Virus record (IMG/VR): IMGVR_UViG_3300031784_000002
Source: a virus
Lineage: Duplodnaviria > Caudoviricetes
Strand: one strand, 5' to 3'
DNA: 64,000 nt
The first letter of the stretch is position 1. Each line of letters begins with the position of its first letter. The notes beneath the pieces were generated by a model. That model searched no databases. It worked only from the letters and a program-made list of their open reading frames with translations, and was not told the origin of the DNA. A program made the position numbers and the translations under genes. Positions 26,095-35,558 of the stretch are shown piece after piece.

Positions 26095-26727
26095 ATGACT
26101 GTAAAACTTATTTCTATCACTCCTGATGCAGAACAAACAATGGCGTATATTGCGCGAGTTTCTAATCCTGCGAATCAAGACAACCAAAACTATGCCAAGT
26201 TGCTTGCTTATTGTATTAAGCATAATCATTGGTCTGTTTTTGAACAGTCTACTATGACCCTTGAGATTGAGACGACTCGTGGCATTGCGGCCCAAATTTT
26301 GCGTCATAGGTCTTTTACATTTCAAGAATTTTCTCAACGATATGCAGACACCAATCTCTTAGGAGAAGATATTCCTTTGCCTGAACTTCGTCGTCAGGAC
26401 ACAAAGAACCGTCAGAACTCCATTGATGACCTTCCAGTAGATCTGAAGATTCATTTATACGCAAAGATCCAGGATCATTTTGACGCTGCCCAGGAACTCT
26501 ACAAGGAACTCCTAGAGTATGAGGTCGCAAAGGAGTGTGCTCGCTTTGTACTCCCCTTGGCGACTCCCACACGCATCTATATGACGGGCTCATGCCGTTC
26601 TTGGATACATTACATCAATCTTCGTTCTGCACACGGGACTCAAAAGGAACATATGGACATCGCTTTGGAATGTAGGAGAGTATTTACCGAACAATTCCCA
26701 TCCGTTTCAGAAGCCCTGGAATGGTAA
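26095..26727 (+). CDS. thyX: Flavin-dependent thymidylate synthase
   Basis: HWSVFEQ; QILRHRSFTFQEFSQRY; KECARFVLP; HGTQKEH. Confidence 0.97.
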   Translation: MTVKLISITPDAEQTMAYIARVSNPANQDNQNYAKLLAYCIKHNHWSVFEQSTMTLEIETTRGIAAQILRHRSFTFQEFSQRYADTNLLGEDIPLPELRRQDTKNRQNSIDDLPVDLKIHLYAKIQDHFDAAQELYKELLEYEVAKECARFVLPLATPTRIYMTGSCRSWIHYINLRSAHGTQKEHMDIALECRRVFTEQFPSVSEALEW

Positions 26728-26758
26728 TATATACCAATGCCGCCTAAGGAGGTAACAC

Positions 26759-26938
26759 ATGTACTACCAAACTAAAGCAGTATCAAAAGACGAAGCCTGG
26801 ACTACATGCACGATTGTTGATACCACAGAAAATAATTATATCGTAGAGTATAATGAAGATGGAAAGTTTGTTACTAAAGAAATCAAACCAGAAGAACTTC
26901 AAAAACTAGATTATTCCGAACTTGAGATCAGTCAATAA
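26759..26938 (+). CDS. Small hypothetical protein
   Basis: SD AAGGAGG; hand-read MYYQTKAVSKDEAW... Confidence 0.7.
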   Translation: MYYQTKAVSKDEAWTTCTIVDTTENNYIVEYNEDGKFVTKEIKPEELQKLDYSELEISQ

Positions 26939-26939
26939 A

Positions 26940-27791
26940 ATGTCCGTTTCTATCATAACAGCATGTAAAAATAGAAAGAAAGCTTTGGCTATATCCATGG
27001 CTTCATGGATGCAATTTGATGAGGTTGAAGAAATCATCGTTACGAATTGGAATTCGGACGAACCTATAGATCATTTAACTATTTTAAGTGAAAAGGTAAA
27101 AATCATTAATGTAAAAGATGAACCTTACTTCAATCAACCCCAACCATTGAACCTGGCTGCATCTTTAGTTAAGAGTGAGTATCTTTTAAAATTAGATTGC
27201 GATCATATCCTTAATCCTTATTTTAACTTTTTTGACTTCCACAAAATTGAAGAAAAGTCTTTTATTACTGGATCAAATAACCTGTTGCAGGGATTGGATT
27301 TTGAGTTTTTACATCCTCTTTGGGGACTACTATATGTAAAAACCCAAATCTTTAAAGAAATTGGTGGATACAACGAAAGTATGGGTAAATATTATGCAGC
27401 AGAAGATGATGAATTGGCTGCGAGATTAATATCATATGGTCTCAATCCAGTTCTAATAGACTCTCAGAAATTATCTGCTTTACATATTCCACATTCAAAT
27501 AAAGAAAGGGTAAAGAACTTTGAGTCATTTGAAAGTATAACTAAAATTTTGAGTGAATTTGGAAAAGATTTTGTGGGAGACGATCTTTATACTTACATAG
27601 CAAAATTATGTAAAGATAAAAATCACAATGTATTTCCAACATCTTCTAGAATGTTGGAAATACTTGACTTACACGAGAAAGACAAATACAGTGAGGAGGT
27701 AACTGCGGAAGCAGATCCTTATTGTGAACCAATTTACAAGTGGGAAGTTACCCAAATAAATGACCAAGTATATGAAGCTGTTAAGGTATGA
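26940..27791 (+). CDS. GT-A glycosyltransferase (GT2/GT7C-like), paralog 1
   Basis: LKLDCD (DxD); IGGYNESM..YAAEDDEL..RL. Confidence 0.82.
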   Translation: MSVSIITACKNRKKALAISMASWMQFDEVEEIIVTNWNSDEPIDHLTILSEKVKIINVKDEPYFNQPQPLNLAASLVKSEYLLKLDCDHILNPYFNFFDFHKIEEKSFITGSNNLLQGLDFEFLHPLWGLLYVKTQIFKEIGGYNESMGKYYAAEDDELAARLISYGLNPVLIDSQKLSALHIPHSNKERVKNFESFESITKILSEFGKDFVGDDLYTYIAKLCKDKNHNVFPTSSRMLEILDLHEKDKYSEEVTAEADPYCEPIYKWEVTQINDQVYEAVKV

Positions 27792-28639
27792 GTGTTTCTA
27801 TAATATCAGCATGTAAGAATAGAGGTGAGGCCTTAGCCGTATCCATAAGTTCATGGATTCAATTTGATGAGGTTGAGGAAATCATCGTCACAGATTGGAA
27901 CTCTGATGAACCAGTGTCACATCTGACTCGATTAGACAGTAGAATTAAAATCATTACTGTTCCGTGGGAACCTTACTTCAATCAACCCCAACCATTGAAC
28001 CTGGCTGCATCTTTAGTTAAAAGCGATTATATTTTAAAATTGGATTCTGATACTGTTATGAATCCATACTTTAATTTTTTTGATCACCATACTATTGATG
28101 ATGAATCATTTTTAACTGGTACGGATGAAACATGGCACTTTACTCATGAAAAACTTGATTCAAGACATGTCTACCAAAAATACAAATATATAAAACCCCT
28201 TTGGGGTACTTTGTACATATCAAAGGAAAATTATATGAAAATTGGTGGATATAATGAAAACATGGATAAGTTTGCTGCTTGGGAGGATACTGAGATATAT
28301 GAACGGTTATTAATTTTGGGTTTGAATCATGTAAACATAAACTTTAAGGAAAAGACTCTATTTTCATTACCACACGCAACGAAAAAACGAGTAGAAAACT
28401 TTAAAGCTTATTGTGAGAACAAACATATTGAAGTCGCAATCAGAGACCACATTAAAAAATTCAATAATATTGAAGATGATAATGTTGTACATCGGTTAAT
28501 TCTGGAAAAACATAATAGAATTAACTACAAGAAATTCAAATTAAAAGAAGATAGTGATTATTATGTAGAACCTATGGTAAAATGGGACATACAACAAGAA
28601 TCTCCTCAACACTATACTGCATATAAAATTGCACAATAA
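27788..28639 (+). CDS. GT-A glycosyltransferase (GT2/GT7C-like), paralog 2
   Basis: LKLDSD; IGGYNENM..AAWEDTEI..RL. Confidence 0.82.
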   Translation: MSVSIISACKNRGEALAVSISSWIQFDEVEEIIVTDWNSDEPVSHLTRLDSRIKIITVPWEPYFNQPQPLNLAASLVKSDYILKLDSDTVMNPYFNFFDHHTIDDESFLTGTDETWHFTHEKLDSRHVYQKYKYIKPLWGTLYISKENYMKIGGYNENMDKFAAWEDTEIYERLLILGLNHVNINFKEKTLFSLPHATKKRVENFKAYCENKHIEVAIRDHIKKFNNIEDDNVVHRLILEKHNRINYKKFKLKEDSDYYVEPMVKWDIQQESPQHYTAYKIAQ

Positions 28640-28667
28640 ATAAATCATACTGAATTTTATTAATTAA

Positions 28668-28916
28668 ATGGCGACCTATCCTGTTATAAACAAAGTCACT
28701 GGTGAACAGAAAGAAGTGAATATGAGTGTTCACGACTGGTCTCAGTGGAAGTTAGATAATCCGGACTGGGATAGAGATTGGAGTGATCCATCTACTTGTC
28801 CTGGTTCTGGTGAAGTAGGCGAGTGGAAAGACAAACTCATTTCCAGAAATCCAGGCTGGAATGATGTTCTCACTAAGGCCGGAAAAGCGCCTGGTTCTCG
28901 TGTAAAGAAAATCTAA
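28668..28916 (+). CDS. Conserved cyanomyovirus protein upstream of phoH
   Basis: MATYPVINKVTGEQKE...GWNDVL; ATAAATA at 28636. Confidence 0.8.
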   Translation: MATYPVINKVTGEQKEVNMSVHDWSQWKLDNPDWDRDWSDPSTCPGSGEVGEWKDKLISRNPGWNDVLTKAGKAPGSRVKKI

Positions 28917-29675
28917 ATGGCAAGACAAAGAAAGACATCTAACGGCAACATTGGGATTGGCATGAGCGCAAAACAACTGCGTCGTAAAAAACCAATTAAT
29001 TCTGATTTGATGGTGGATATTTCACCACTGACTGACAATCAAAAAGTATTTTTTGATGAATATAAAAAAGGTAAAAACATTTTTGCCTATGGTGCAGCGG
29101 GAACAGGTAAAACTTTTGTAGGATTATACTTAGCACTTAAGGATGTTTTAGACGAAAGAACTCCTTATGAAAAGGTTTATATTGTTCGTTCTCTAGTCGC
29201 TACAAGAGAAATTGGATTCTTGCCTGGAGACCATGAAGATAAGTCTTCACTCTATCAGATTCCATACAAGAACATGTGTAAGTACATGTTTGAGTTGCCT
29301 TCTGATGCGGACTTTGAAATGCTTTATGGCAATCTAAAGGGTCAAGAAACTATTTCATTCTGGTCTACATCATTCATTCGTGGTACTACACTAGATAACG
29401 CGATTGTTCTTGTTGATGAAATGCAAAACTTGAACTTTCACGAATTAGATAGTATAATTACTCGTATTGGTGAAAATAGTAAGATTATTTTTTGTGGTGA
29501 TGCTACTCAATCTGATCTTGTTAAAACTCACGAAAAGAATGGTATTCTAGATTTTATGAAAATCATTCGTGCAATGGAATATGATTTTTCCAGTGTAGAA
29601 TTTGGTGTTGATGATATTGTTCGTTCTGGACTTGTCAAAAACTATATTGTTACAAAGTTGGCTTTAGGTATGTAA
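28917..29675 (+). CDS. phoH: PhoH-family ATPase
   Basis: GAAGTGKT; IGFLPGD; FIRGTTLDNAIVLVDEMQN; DIVRSGLV. Confidence 0.97.
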   Translation: MARQRKTSNGNIGIGMSAKQLRRKKPINSDLMVDISPLTDNQKVFFDEYKKGKNIFAYGAAGTGKTFVGLYLALKDVLDERTPYEKVYIVRSLVATREIGFLPGDHEDKSSLYQIPYKNMCKYMFELPSDADFEMLYGNLKGQETISFWSTSFIRGTTLDNAIVLVDEMQNLNFHELDSIITRIGENSKIIFCGDATQSDLVKTHEKNGILDFMKIIRAMEYDFSSVEFGVDDIVRSGLVKNYIVTKLALGM

Positions 29676-30361
29676 TGTTTGTCCATCTAGATTATTTAAA
29701 AGAAGAGGTTGATCTACAAGCCCAAAGTATTGAAGGAACTCGTTTTTATCGGGTTCCTTCTGGTAGATTGTATCCCTCTATCACTTCTGTCACCAGTTTT
29801 TATGGTAGACAGAAATTTATTGACTGGCGTAAGAAAGTTGGTGAGGAAGAAGCCAATAAGATTACTAAGGTTGCTACAGAAAAAGGAACTAAGTTTCACG
29901 ATATTGTTGAAAAGTATTTGTTGAATGAAGATATTGACAAATATAATCCCCTTCCTATTACGAAGTACCTTTTTCTTGCAGCTAAACCCTATCTAGATCG
30001 TATAAATAATATACATGCTTTAGAAAAGTCACTTTATAGTGACTACTTGGGACTCGCGGGTAGAGTTGATTGCATCGCAGAGTACGAGGGAGAGCTCGCA
30101 GTCATTGACTTCAAGACTTCAAAAAAAATAAAACCTGAAGAATGGATTGAAAATTACTTTGTCCAGGAAACAGCATATGCTTGCATGTATTATGAAATGA
30201 CTGGTATTCCAGTCCAAAAACTGATTACTATTATGGTCGCTGACAATGGAGAATGCTTCGTCTATGAAAAAAGAAACAAAGGTTACTATATTAAACTTCT
30301 TACCAAATACATCCGAGAGTTCGTCGCTCATCATACCGAAACCCATGCAGAACAACACTGA
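29675..30361 (+). CDS. PD-(D/E)xK exonuclease
   Basis: YPSITSV; GTKFH; AGRVDCIAEY..LAVIDFKTS; YFVQ.TAYA.M. Confidence 0.9.
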   Translation: MFVHLDYLKEEVDLQAQSIEGTRFYRVPSGRLYPSITSVTSFYGRQKFIDWRKKVGEEEANKITKVATEKGTKFHDIVEKYLLNEDIDKYNPLPITKYLFLAAKPYLDRINNIHALEKSLYSDYLGLAGRVDCIAEYEGELAVIDFKTSKKIKPEEWIENYFVQETAYACMYYEMTGIPVQKLITIMVADNGECFVYEKRNKGYYIKLLTKYIREFVAHHTETHAEQH

Positions 30362-30608
30362 AGATGTAAATTCACTCATTAAAGAAAAATTTCTCTGTCA
30401 GTCTAAGTTTGCACAAGACATTGAACATCTTGTGATGAATTCAAAAATTAATTATATTGAAGCCATCGTCACTTATTGTGAAGAAAATGGTATTGAATTT
30501 GAGTCAGTTTCAAAACTCATTTCAAAACCACTGAAAGAGAAACTAAAACATGAGGCAACCCAACTTAACTTTCTGAAAAAAACAAGTCGTGCTAAATTAG
30601 TATTCTGA
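30345..30608 (+). CDS. gp33: Late-promoter transcription coactivator gp33
   Basis: YIEAIVTYCEEN.IE.ESVSKLISKPLKEKLK.EA..LNFLK. Confidence 0.92.
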   Translation: MQNNTEDVNSLIKEKFLCQSKFAQDIEHLVMNSKINYIEAIVTYCEENGIEFESVSKLISKPLKEKLKHEATQLNFLKKTSRAKLVF

Positions 30609-31198
30609 TGACGCCAATAGAGGTATATAAAACATACCTGGCATTCAAGAATCATTTCACCAAATCAAACTACGATTACTTTCAATATTGCGGAAAGTCT
30701 AGAGCTTCCAAAGAGTCCTTTAACAAAAGGAAAGATCGATACTTCTTTGAACGTATGTCTCGTCAAAAGTCTGATGACGAGATTCGTCAATATTTCTTAG
30801 CTAATTTTGTAGAATGTGATGATCCCGCAAAACTTTGGATCGGTGAAATTATTGAATCCGGTGAAAAAAATTATTCAAACTGGTTGAAGAGATCTCAAAG
30901 TCTCTTCTATCTCTTTAAGACAGAAGCTGCAGTTTTTGTGCATAAAGATAACTTCAATCAGTTATTTGAAATTCAGGGATCTTCCCATCCAGATATTCTT
31001 AAAAAGTATTTACAAAACGCTATATCCATAGAAACTTTCATAATTTTGGATATGATTCTTAATTTTTCCAAAAAATTTGATAAGAAACTACTAGATCCAG
31101 TGTGGGAATCCGTCAGTTTACGCATCAAAAAATACAAATCATTCCTAAATATTGATAAGGAAAAGTACACACAAACTCTAAAGGAGATTGTATTGTGA
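30608..31198 (+). CDS. gp59: Helicase loader gp59
   Basis: VYKTYLAFKNHFT..NYDYF; RKDRYFFERMS. Confidence 0.92.
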   Translation: MTPIEVYKTYLAFKNHFTKSNYDYFQYCGKSRASKESFNKRKDRYFFERMSRQKSDDEIRQYFLANFVECDDPAKLWIGEIIESGEKNYSNWLKRSQSLFYLFKTEAAVFVHKDNFNQLFEIQGSSHPDILKKYLQNAISIETFIILDMILNFSKKFDKKLLDPVWESVSLRIKKYKSFLNIDKEKYTQTLKEIVL

Positions 31199-31593
31199 AT
31201 GAAGTTTTTCAGTATGAAGTGGAAGAACTTAAACGAATCCTTGACTCTCTCAAGGATTTTGTAGTATCTAACAACAAAACTATAAGATGTACTGAATATT
31301 ATATAGCTTTAGATAATAAAAACTTCCTTCAAGTTCTTGAAGATACTTTTAATGATTCTACTTTAAATGAAAATTTAAAAAAAGAACATCTAAAGTTAAT
31401 TAAAATTTTTCTCGAAAAACAAAAAAACTTATATCATAAACTTTGTTTTGAAAGTAATGCACAGTCACTTGATTTAAAATCAAGATTTGAAGATGTTTTA
31501 ATGTTTTTAGGATTTTCCGAAAATAAAAATAATTTATTTTCAAATTTAGAAAATACAATAAATCGTATAGATATAAAGGAGATTGTACAGTGA
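31195..31593 (+). CDS. Diverged paralog of the following gene
   Basis: KKEH..LIKIFLEKQKNLY...FLGF shared with 31590..31922. Confidence 0.65.
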   Translation: MNEVFQYEVEELKRILDSLKDFVVSNNKTIRCTEYYIALDNKNFLQVLEDTFNDSTLNENLKKEHLKLIKIFLEKQKNLYHKLCFESNAQSLDLKSRFEDVLMFLGFSENKNNLFSNLENTINRIDIKEIVQ

Positions 31594-31922
31594 GTGGATT
31601 TTTCCAATCCGAAATTGTAAGAGAAGCCATCAAAGAGATGGAAGAACTTCAACAACGAATTATTCAAGACACATTCAAAGCTCCACTTATGAGCAAAGAA
31701 GAAAAGAAAGAACATGTTGAGTTAATGAGAACTTTCTTAGAGAAACAAAAAAACTTATATTTCCGTCTATCCCTCTCAGATGATCCAGAAGCATTAGAAA
31801 TGAAAGAAAGAATCCAAGAAGCTGCAGAGTTTCTTGGATTTAAAGGTAATAATGTAAACCAATTATTTTCCGAAATGGAAAACACTCTGAAAAGACTAGA
31901 TAAAATTGCAGAGATAGAGTAA
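31590..31922 (+). CDS. Conserved cyanomyovirus protein between gp59 and gp32
   Basis: FFQSEIVR...FLEKQKNLYFRLSLSDDPEA. Confidence 0.8.
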   Translation: MSGFFQSEIVREAIKEMEELQQRIIQDTFKAPLMSKEEKKEHVELMRTFLEKQKNLYFRLSLSDDPEALEMKERIQEAAEFLGFKGNNVNQLFSEMENTLKRLDKIAEIE

Positions 31923-31923
31923 C

Positions 31924-32193
31924 ATGTCCTACTACTACAAAATCACCTCCGCATATTGTTATCACAATGGTGAAATTGTAGATATGTATTTCATAAACGG
32001 AATTCCTTTTACATTTGATGATATTCCTTTAATTATGCAACAAGATCCTTACATTCAAATGGAAGCCGAAGACCATGAATCATATTCATCCGAAGACATG
32101 TACAGGTGGTCAAATTACTTAATTGACGAAATGTGTCACCCTCTTTTGTTTGAGTTACAGATCGAAAACCCCGAAGAAATGCCTAAAGACTAG
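31924..32193 (+). CDS. Hypothetical protein
   Basis: ORF track. Confidence 0.7.
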   Translation: MSYYYKITSAYCYHNGEIVDMYFINGIPFTFDDIPLIMQQDPYIQMEAEDHESYSSEDMYRWSNYLIDEMCHPLLFELQIENPEEMPKD

Positions 32194-32196
32194 GGC

Positions 32197-32225
32197 TTGA
32201 CAACCCTTCTGCCCTGCGGTAAGAT
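32197..32225 (+). promoter_or_regulatory. sigma70 promoter of gp32
   Basis: TTGACA-N17-TAAGAT. Confidence 0.78.
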
Positions 32226-32269
32226 AAAGTCGTCCCAAAGGCCAAATACACTCAATACGGAGAATACAA

Positions 32270-33193
32270 ATGTCTTTTGCTGATCTCAAGAAACAGTCCC
32301 GTGCTGGTTCACTGACTGAAAAACTGATCAAACAAGTTGAAAAACTGAATAGTGGAGAATCTGGTGGCGATGATCGTTTCTGGAAACCAGAAGTAGACAA
32401 AGCCGGAAATGGTTATGCAGTAATCCGATTCCTCCCCGCACCTGAAGGATGTGAACTTCCTTGGGCCCAAGTCTGGAGTCACGCTTTCCAAGGCCCTGGT
32501 GGTTGGTATATTGAAAATAGTCTGACGACTATGGGACAAAAAGATCCTGTTTCTGAACACAATCGTGTTCTGTGGAACTCTGGGTCTGATCGTGACAAGG
32601 AGATTGCTCGGAAACAGAAACGCAAACTCTCTTACTACGCTAACATTTATGTGGTGAGTGATCCTGCACACCCCGAGAACGAAGGTCGTGTGTTCCTCTA
32701 CAAGTTCGGTAAGAAGATCTATGACAAGATTACCGAAGCGATGCAACCTCAGTTTGCAGATGAGGAAGCCATTAATCCTTTTGACTTCTGGAGTGGTGCA
32801 AACTTCAAACTGAAGATTCGTAAGGTTGAAGGTTACTGGAACTACGATAAGTCGGAGTTTGATAAGCCTTCCGCACTTCTAGATGATGATGACAAACTGG
32901 AACGCATCTACAAGAACCTGAACGATCTCAATGAGTTCAGTGCCGCAAGTAACTTCAAGTCTTATGAAGATTTGAAGAAGCGTCTTGACTATGTTCTGGG
33001 TGCAAAAGCTCCTGCACGTCAAGATCCTGAGACTGTTGAAGAGGATGAACAGTGGGAAGCCGAACGTCGCGGTGAGTCTGCACCGAAGCGTTCAACTCCT
33101 TCCTTTGAGATTGCTCGTCCTGCAGTCCAAGAAGAGGATGATGAAGATGCAGATGATGCTCTGAGTTACTTCCAGAAACTCGCTGAGTCCTGA
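32270..33193 (+). CDS. gp32: Single-stranded DNA-binding protein gp32
   Basis: DDRFWKP..DKAGNGYAVIRFLP; GPGGWYIENSLTT; acidic tail. Confidence 0.97.
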   Translation: MSFADLKKQSRAGSLTEKLIKQVEKLNSGESGGDDRFWKPEVDKAGNGYAVIRFLPAPEGCELPWAQVWSHAFQGPGGWYIENSLTTMGQKDPVSEHNRVLWNSGSDRDKEIARKQKRKLSYYANIYVVSDPAHPENEGRVFLYKFGKKIYDKITEAMQPQFADEEAINPFDFWSGANFKLKIRKVEGYWNYDKSEFDKPSALLDDDDKLERIYKNLNDLNEFSAASNFKSYEDLKKRLDYVLGAKAPARQDPETVEEDEQWEAERRGESAPKRSTPSFEIARPAVQEEDDEDADDALSYFQKLAES

Positions 33194-33200
33194 TAGTTCA

Positions 33201-33228
33201 AAGGAGGGGTAAATCCCCTCCTTTTTTT
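33201..33228. terminator. Terminator between convergent gp32 and gp53
   Basis: AAGGAGGGG-taaa-TCCCCTCCTT with T run on + and A-rich flank for the - strand. Confidence 0.85.
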
Positions 33229-35557
33229 ATATTCTCATAACTTTTTCATTATAAGTTTTCTTAAGTTTTTCATTAATATAGTTTGGATCATCTTCATTAT
33301 ACGTCATAATATTTCTAAATTCATCAATAACTACAGGTAAGTATTCTGGTTTTATAATTATTATTTTTCTTTTTTCTTCGTTCAATCTAGATTCATATTC
33401 ATAATTGGTTATAGGTTTAGAAAGAGAAGATCCGGGAATTCTGATTATAGAACTTGTACTTGGATCAAAATATTGAAACTCTTCTGTAATTTTTTCTTGC
33501 CATTTACTTCCAGTCCATCTCCAAGTTGTTTGATTTTGACTGTAGGTATCATTTGGTTCAATGTTTACAATTTCTTCTGGCAAACTTACAGTAATAGTTG
33601 GACTAGAGACATAATTCAATCCACCATCAGTAACAGTAACTTTTTCTATACTAGTATTTGTTAATTGGAATGAAAATGCCGCTTTTCTTGAAATAGGAGC
33701 CTTTTCAAGGGTAACAGTTGGAGGTACAGTATATCCAAATCCAACATTAGTTATAGAAATAGTGGTAACAATTCCAGTGTTTAAATTTGCTACCCCTGTT
33801 GCTTTAACCGCAGGGTATGGAGATCCAACAGTAATAGTTGGAGCAACAGTATATCCAACTCCAGGATTTGTAATATTGATTCCACTTACAGATCCATTTG
33901 TTATTTCCGTTGTTCCTTTTGCAGTAGAAGTTAAATTATATTCATAAATTTTATCTAATGGACCACCAGCAATTAAAAATTTATCTCTACTTAAACTAAT
34001 TATAATGTCACACGGAGATCCAACCCTGTCTCCAACATAAAAACTATAAGCATAAGTTGCGGTGTTTATTTGCCAAGATTCTAAATTATATTCGTAAATA
34101 CTGGAACTACCTTCACTTGTAGTGAATAATTTAGTACCATCAGAATTAAAACCAAACCCAAGAATAAAATTATCACCAGTACTACTAGTAATATTCAAAC
34201 TGTTTAATGCGGACCCACTCCTCGTAGTGATATTCCAAGGAATCCCAAGAGAATATTCCCTAATTACATCGGGATTGGAAAAGTCTAAAACAAACATTCT
34301 AGTTCCATCTGGTTTGAATCTTATTCCGCCAGGAGAAGCTATTGTGATTTGATTTAACTTAGTTGCGGTCGATAAATCCCACGGAGTAGATAACTCATAA
34401 GCTACAATTTTATAAGATAATCCAACTCCACCAGTTACATACACTATAGTTCCATCTGGTTTAAATTCAACACCAGTTGTATAGTTAAAATCGGCACTTA
34501 CATCTAATTGATAGGTTATTGAAATTGTATCAATATTCCAGGCGGTACTTAAAGTATATTGTTTAATTTGATTTGCACCAGTAAAACTAGCAGTATATAA
34601 GTAATTACCTGCGTCATTTAAGTAAAAACCTTCGAGGTCATTACCAATTGCAATTGCAGATTCTTTGTTATATAATCCAGCAATAACTCGTGGTGACTGG
34701 GAAAATGTTACTATTGGTGCAGTGAGTCCGTAACCTATTCCCCCTACTAAATTTTTAATAGTTGTAACTCTGTCAATATTAATTCCATCACCCAATTCAC
34801 ATTCAGCAGTTGCTTGTACTGATGGAGTAGGATCCGAAAATGTTACTTGCGGAGCATTATTATATCCCTGACCTCCCACTAAATTTACAATTGCAGATAC
34901 TCTAAAGTCGGTAACTAAACAATTCGCTGAAGCATCACTGGTAACTGGTGGATTTGAAATTGTAATTGTTGGAATTTTGGTATAACCTAATCCAGGATTT
35001 GTAATCTCAATTGTTTGTATAGTATTGCCAGCACCAACCACAGGAGTTAATACAGCTTGAGTACCTGGTATGTAAATTGGTGGAAAAGTTATTCCGGGTG
35101 GAGTTTCTTCTACGTCTTTATATTCTGGTGTATTATAAAAAATTTCATCAAGTATTACCCCACTAGGAAAAACTTCTCTACCGAAAGAATCTTTAGTTGA
35201 AATAGATTCATAGTGGTGAATGTTTAAAAAAGCACTTTCGGAACCATATTTTTCCAACATGTACTTATTGAAACTATCGACGTTTAGGGGCCACTCGTCT
35301 TGAATATTGATAATATTATTAGAAATTAATATAACCCAATCTAATCCAGAATCTCCATAGATTCTTTCTGCAATCTGGTCAGGTCGTTCATTTTCAGTAA
35401 TGATATAATACTCAAAAGCCGAGGCTATTGAGATAATATCTTCTCTAAGTTTTGCTCTCTTGAAGATATTCTTAACAATCAGGGTTTCATCATTAGATAC
35501 CTGATTTTTCGTTCTATTAAGAACTTGAATATTTGGTAATTCTTTAAAGTACGACAT
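33227..35557 (-). CDS. gp53: Baseplate wedge gp53 with a large internal insertion
   Basis: MSYFKELPN; NIFKRAKLR; ERPDQIA..YG; IHHYE; C-terminal TNYEYE.RLNEEKRKI. Confidence 0.85.
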   Translation of the reverse strand: MSYFKELPNIQVLNRTKNQVSNDETLIVKNIFKRAKLREDIISIASAFEYYIITENERPDQIAERIYGDSGLDWVILISNNIINIQDEWPLNVDSFNKYMLEKYGSESAFLNIHHYESISTKDSFGREVFPSGVILDEIFYNTPEYKDVEETPPGITFPPIYIPGTQAVLTPVVGAGNTIQTIEITNPGLGYTKIPTITISNPPVTSDASANCLVTDFRVSAIVNLVGGQGYNNAPQVTFSDPTPSVQATAECELGDGINIDRVTTIKNLVGGIGYGLTAPIVTFSQSPRVIAGLYNKESAIAIGNDLEGFYLNDAGNYLYTASFTGANQIKQYTLSTAWNIDTISITYQLDVSADFNYTTGVEFKPDGTIVYVTGGVGLSYKIVAYELSTPWDLSTATKLNQITIASPGGIRFKPDGTRMFVLDFSNPDVIREYSLGIPWNITTRSGSALNSLNITSSTGDNFILGFGFNSDGTKLFTTSEGSSSIYEYNLESWQINTATYAYSFYVGDRVGSPCDIIISLSRDKFLIAGGPLDKIYEYNLTSTAKGTTEITNGSVSGINITNPGVGYTVAPTITVGSPYPAVKATGVANLNTGIVTTISITNVGFGYTVPPTVTLEKAPISRKAAFSFQLTNTSIEKVTVTDGGLNYVSSPTITVSLPEEIVNIEPNDTYSQNQTTWRWTGSKWQEKITEEFQYFDPSTSSIIRIPGSSLSKPITNYEYESRLNEEKRKIIIIKPEYLPVVIDEFRNIMTYNEDDPNYINEKLKKTYNEKVMRI

Positions 35558-35558
35558 T

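Noticed and set aside
28870-28920. Pho box upstream of phoH
   Set aside because: No PyTTAAPyPy(T/A)-type direct repeats seen; phoH appears co-transcribed from the late motif at 28636
29675-30361. Cas4-like nuclease, suggesting CRISPR
   Set aside because: Standard T4-like cyanophage exonuclease in its usual phoH-gp33 position; no repeat-spacer array anywhere in the window
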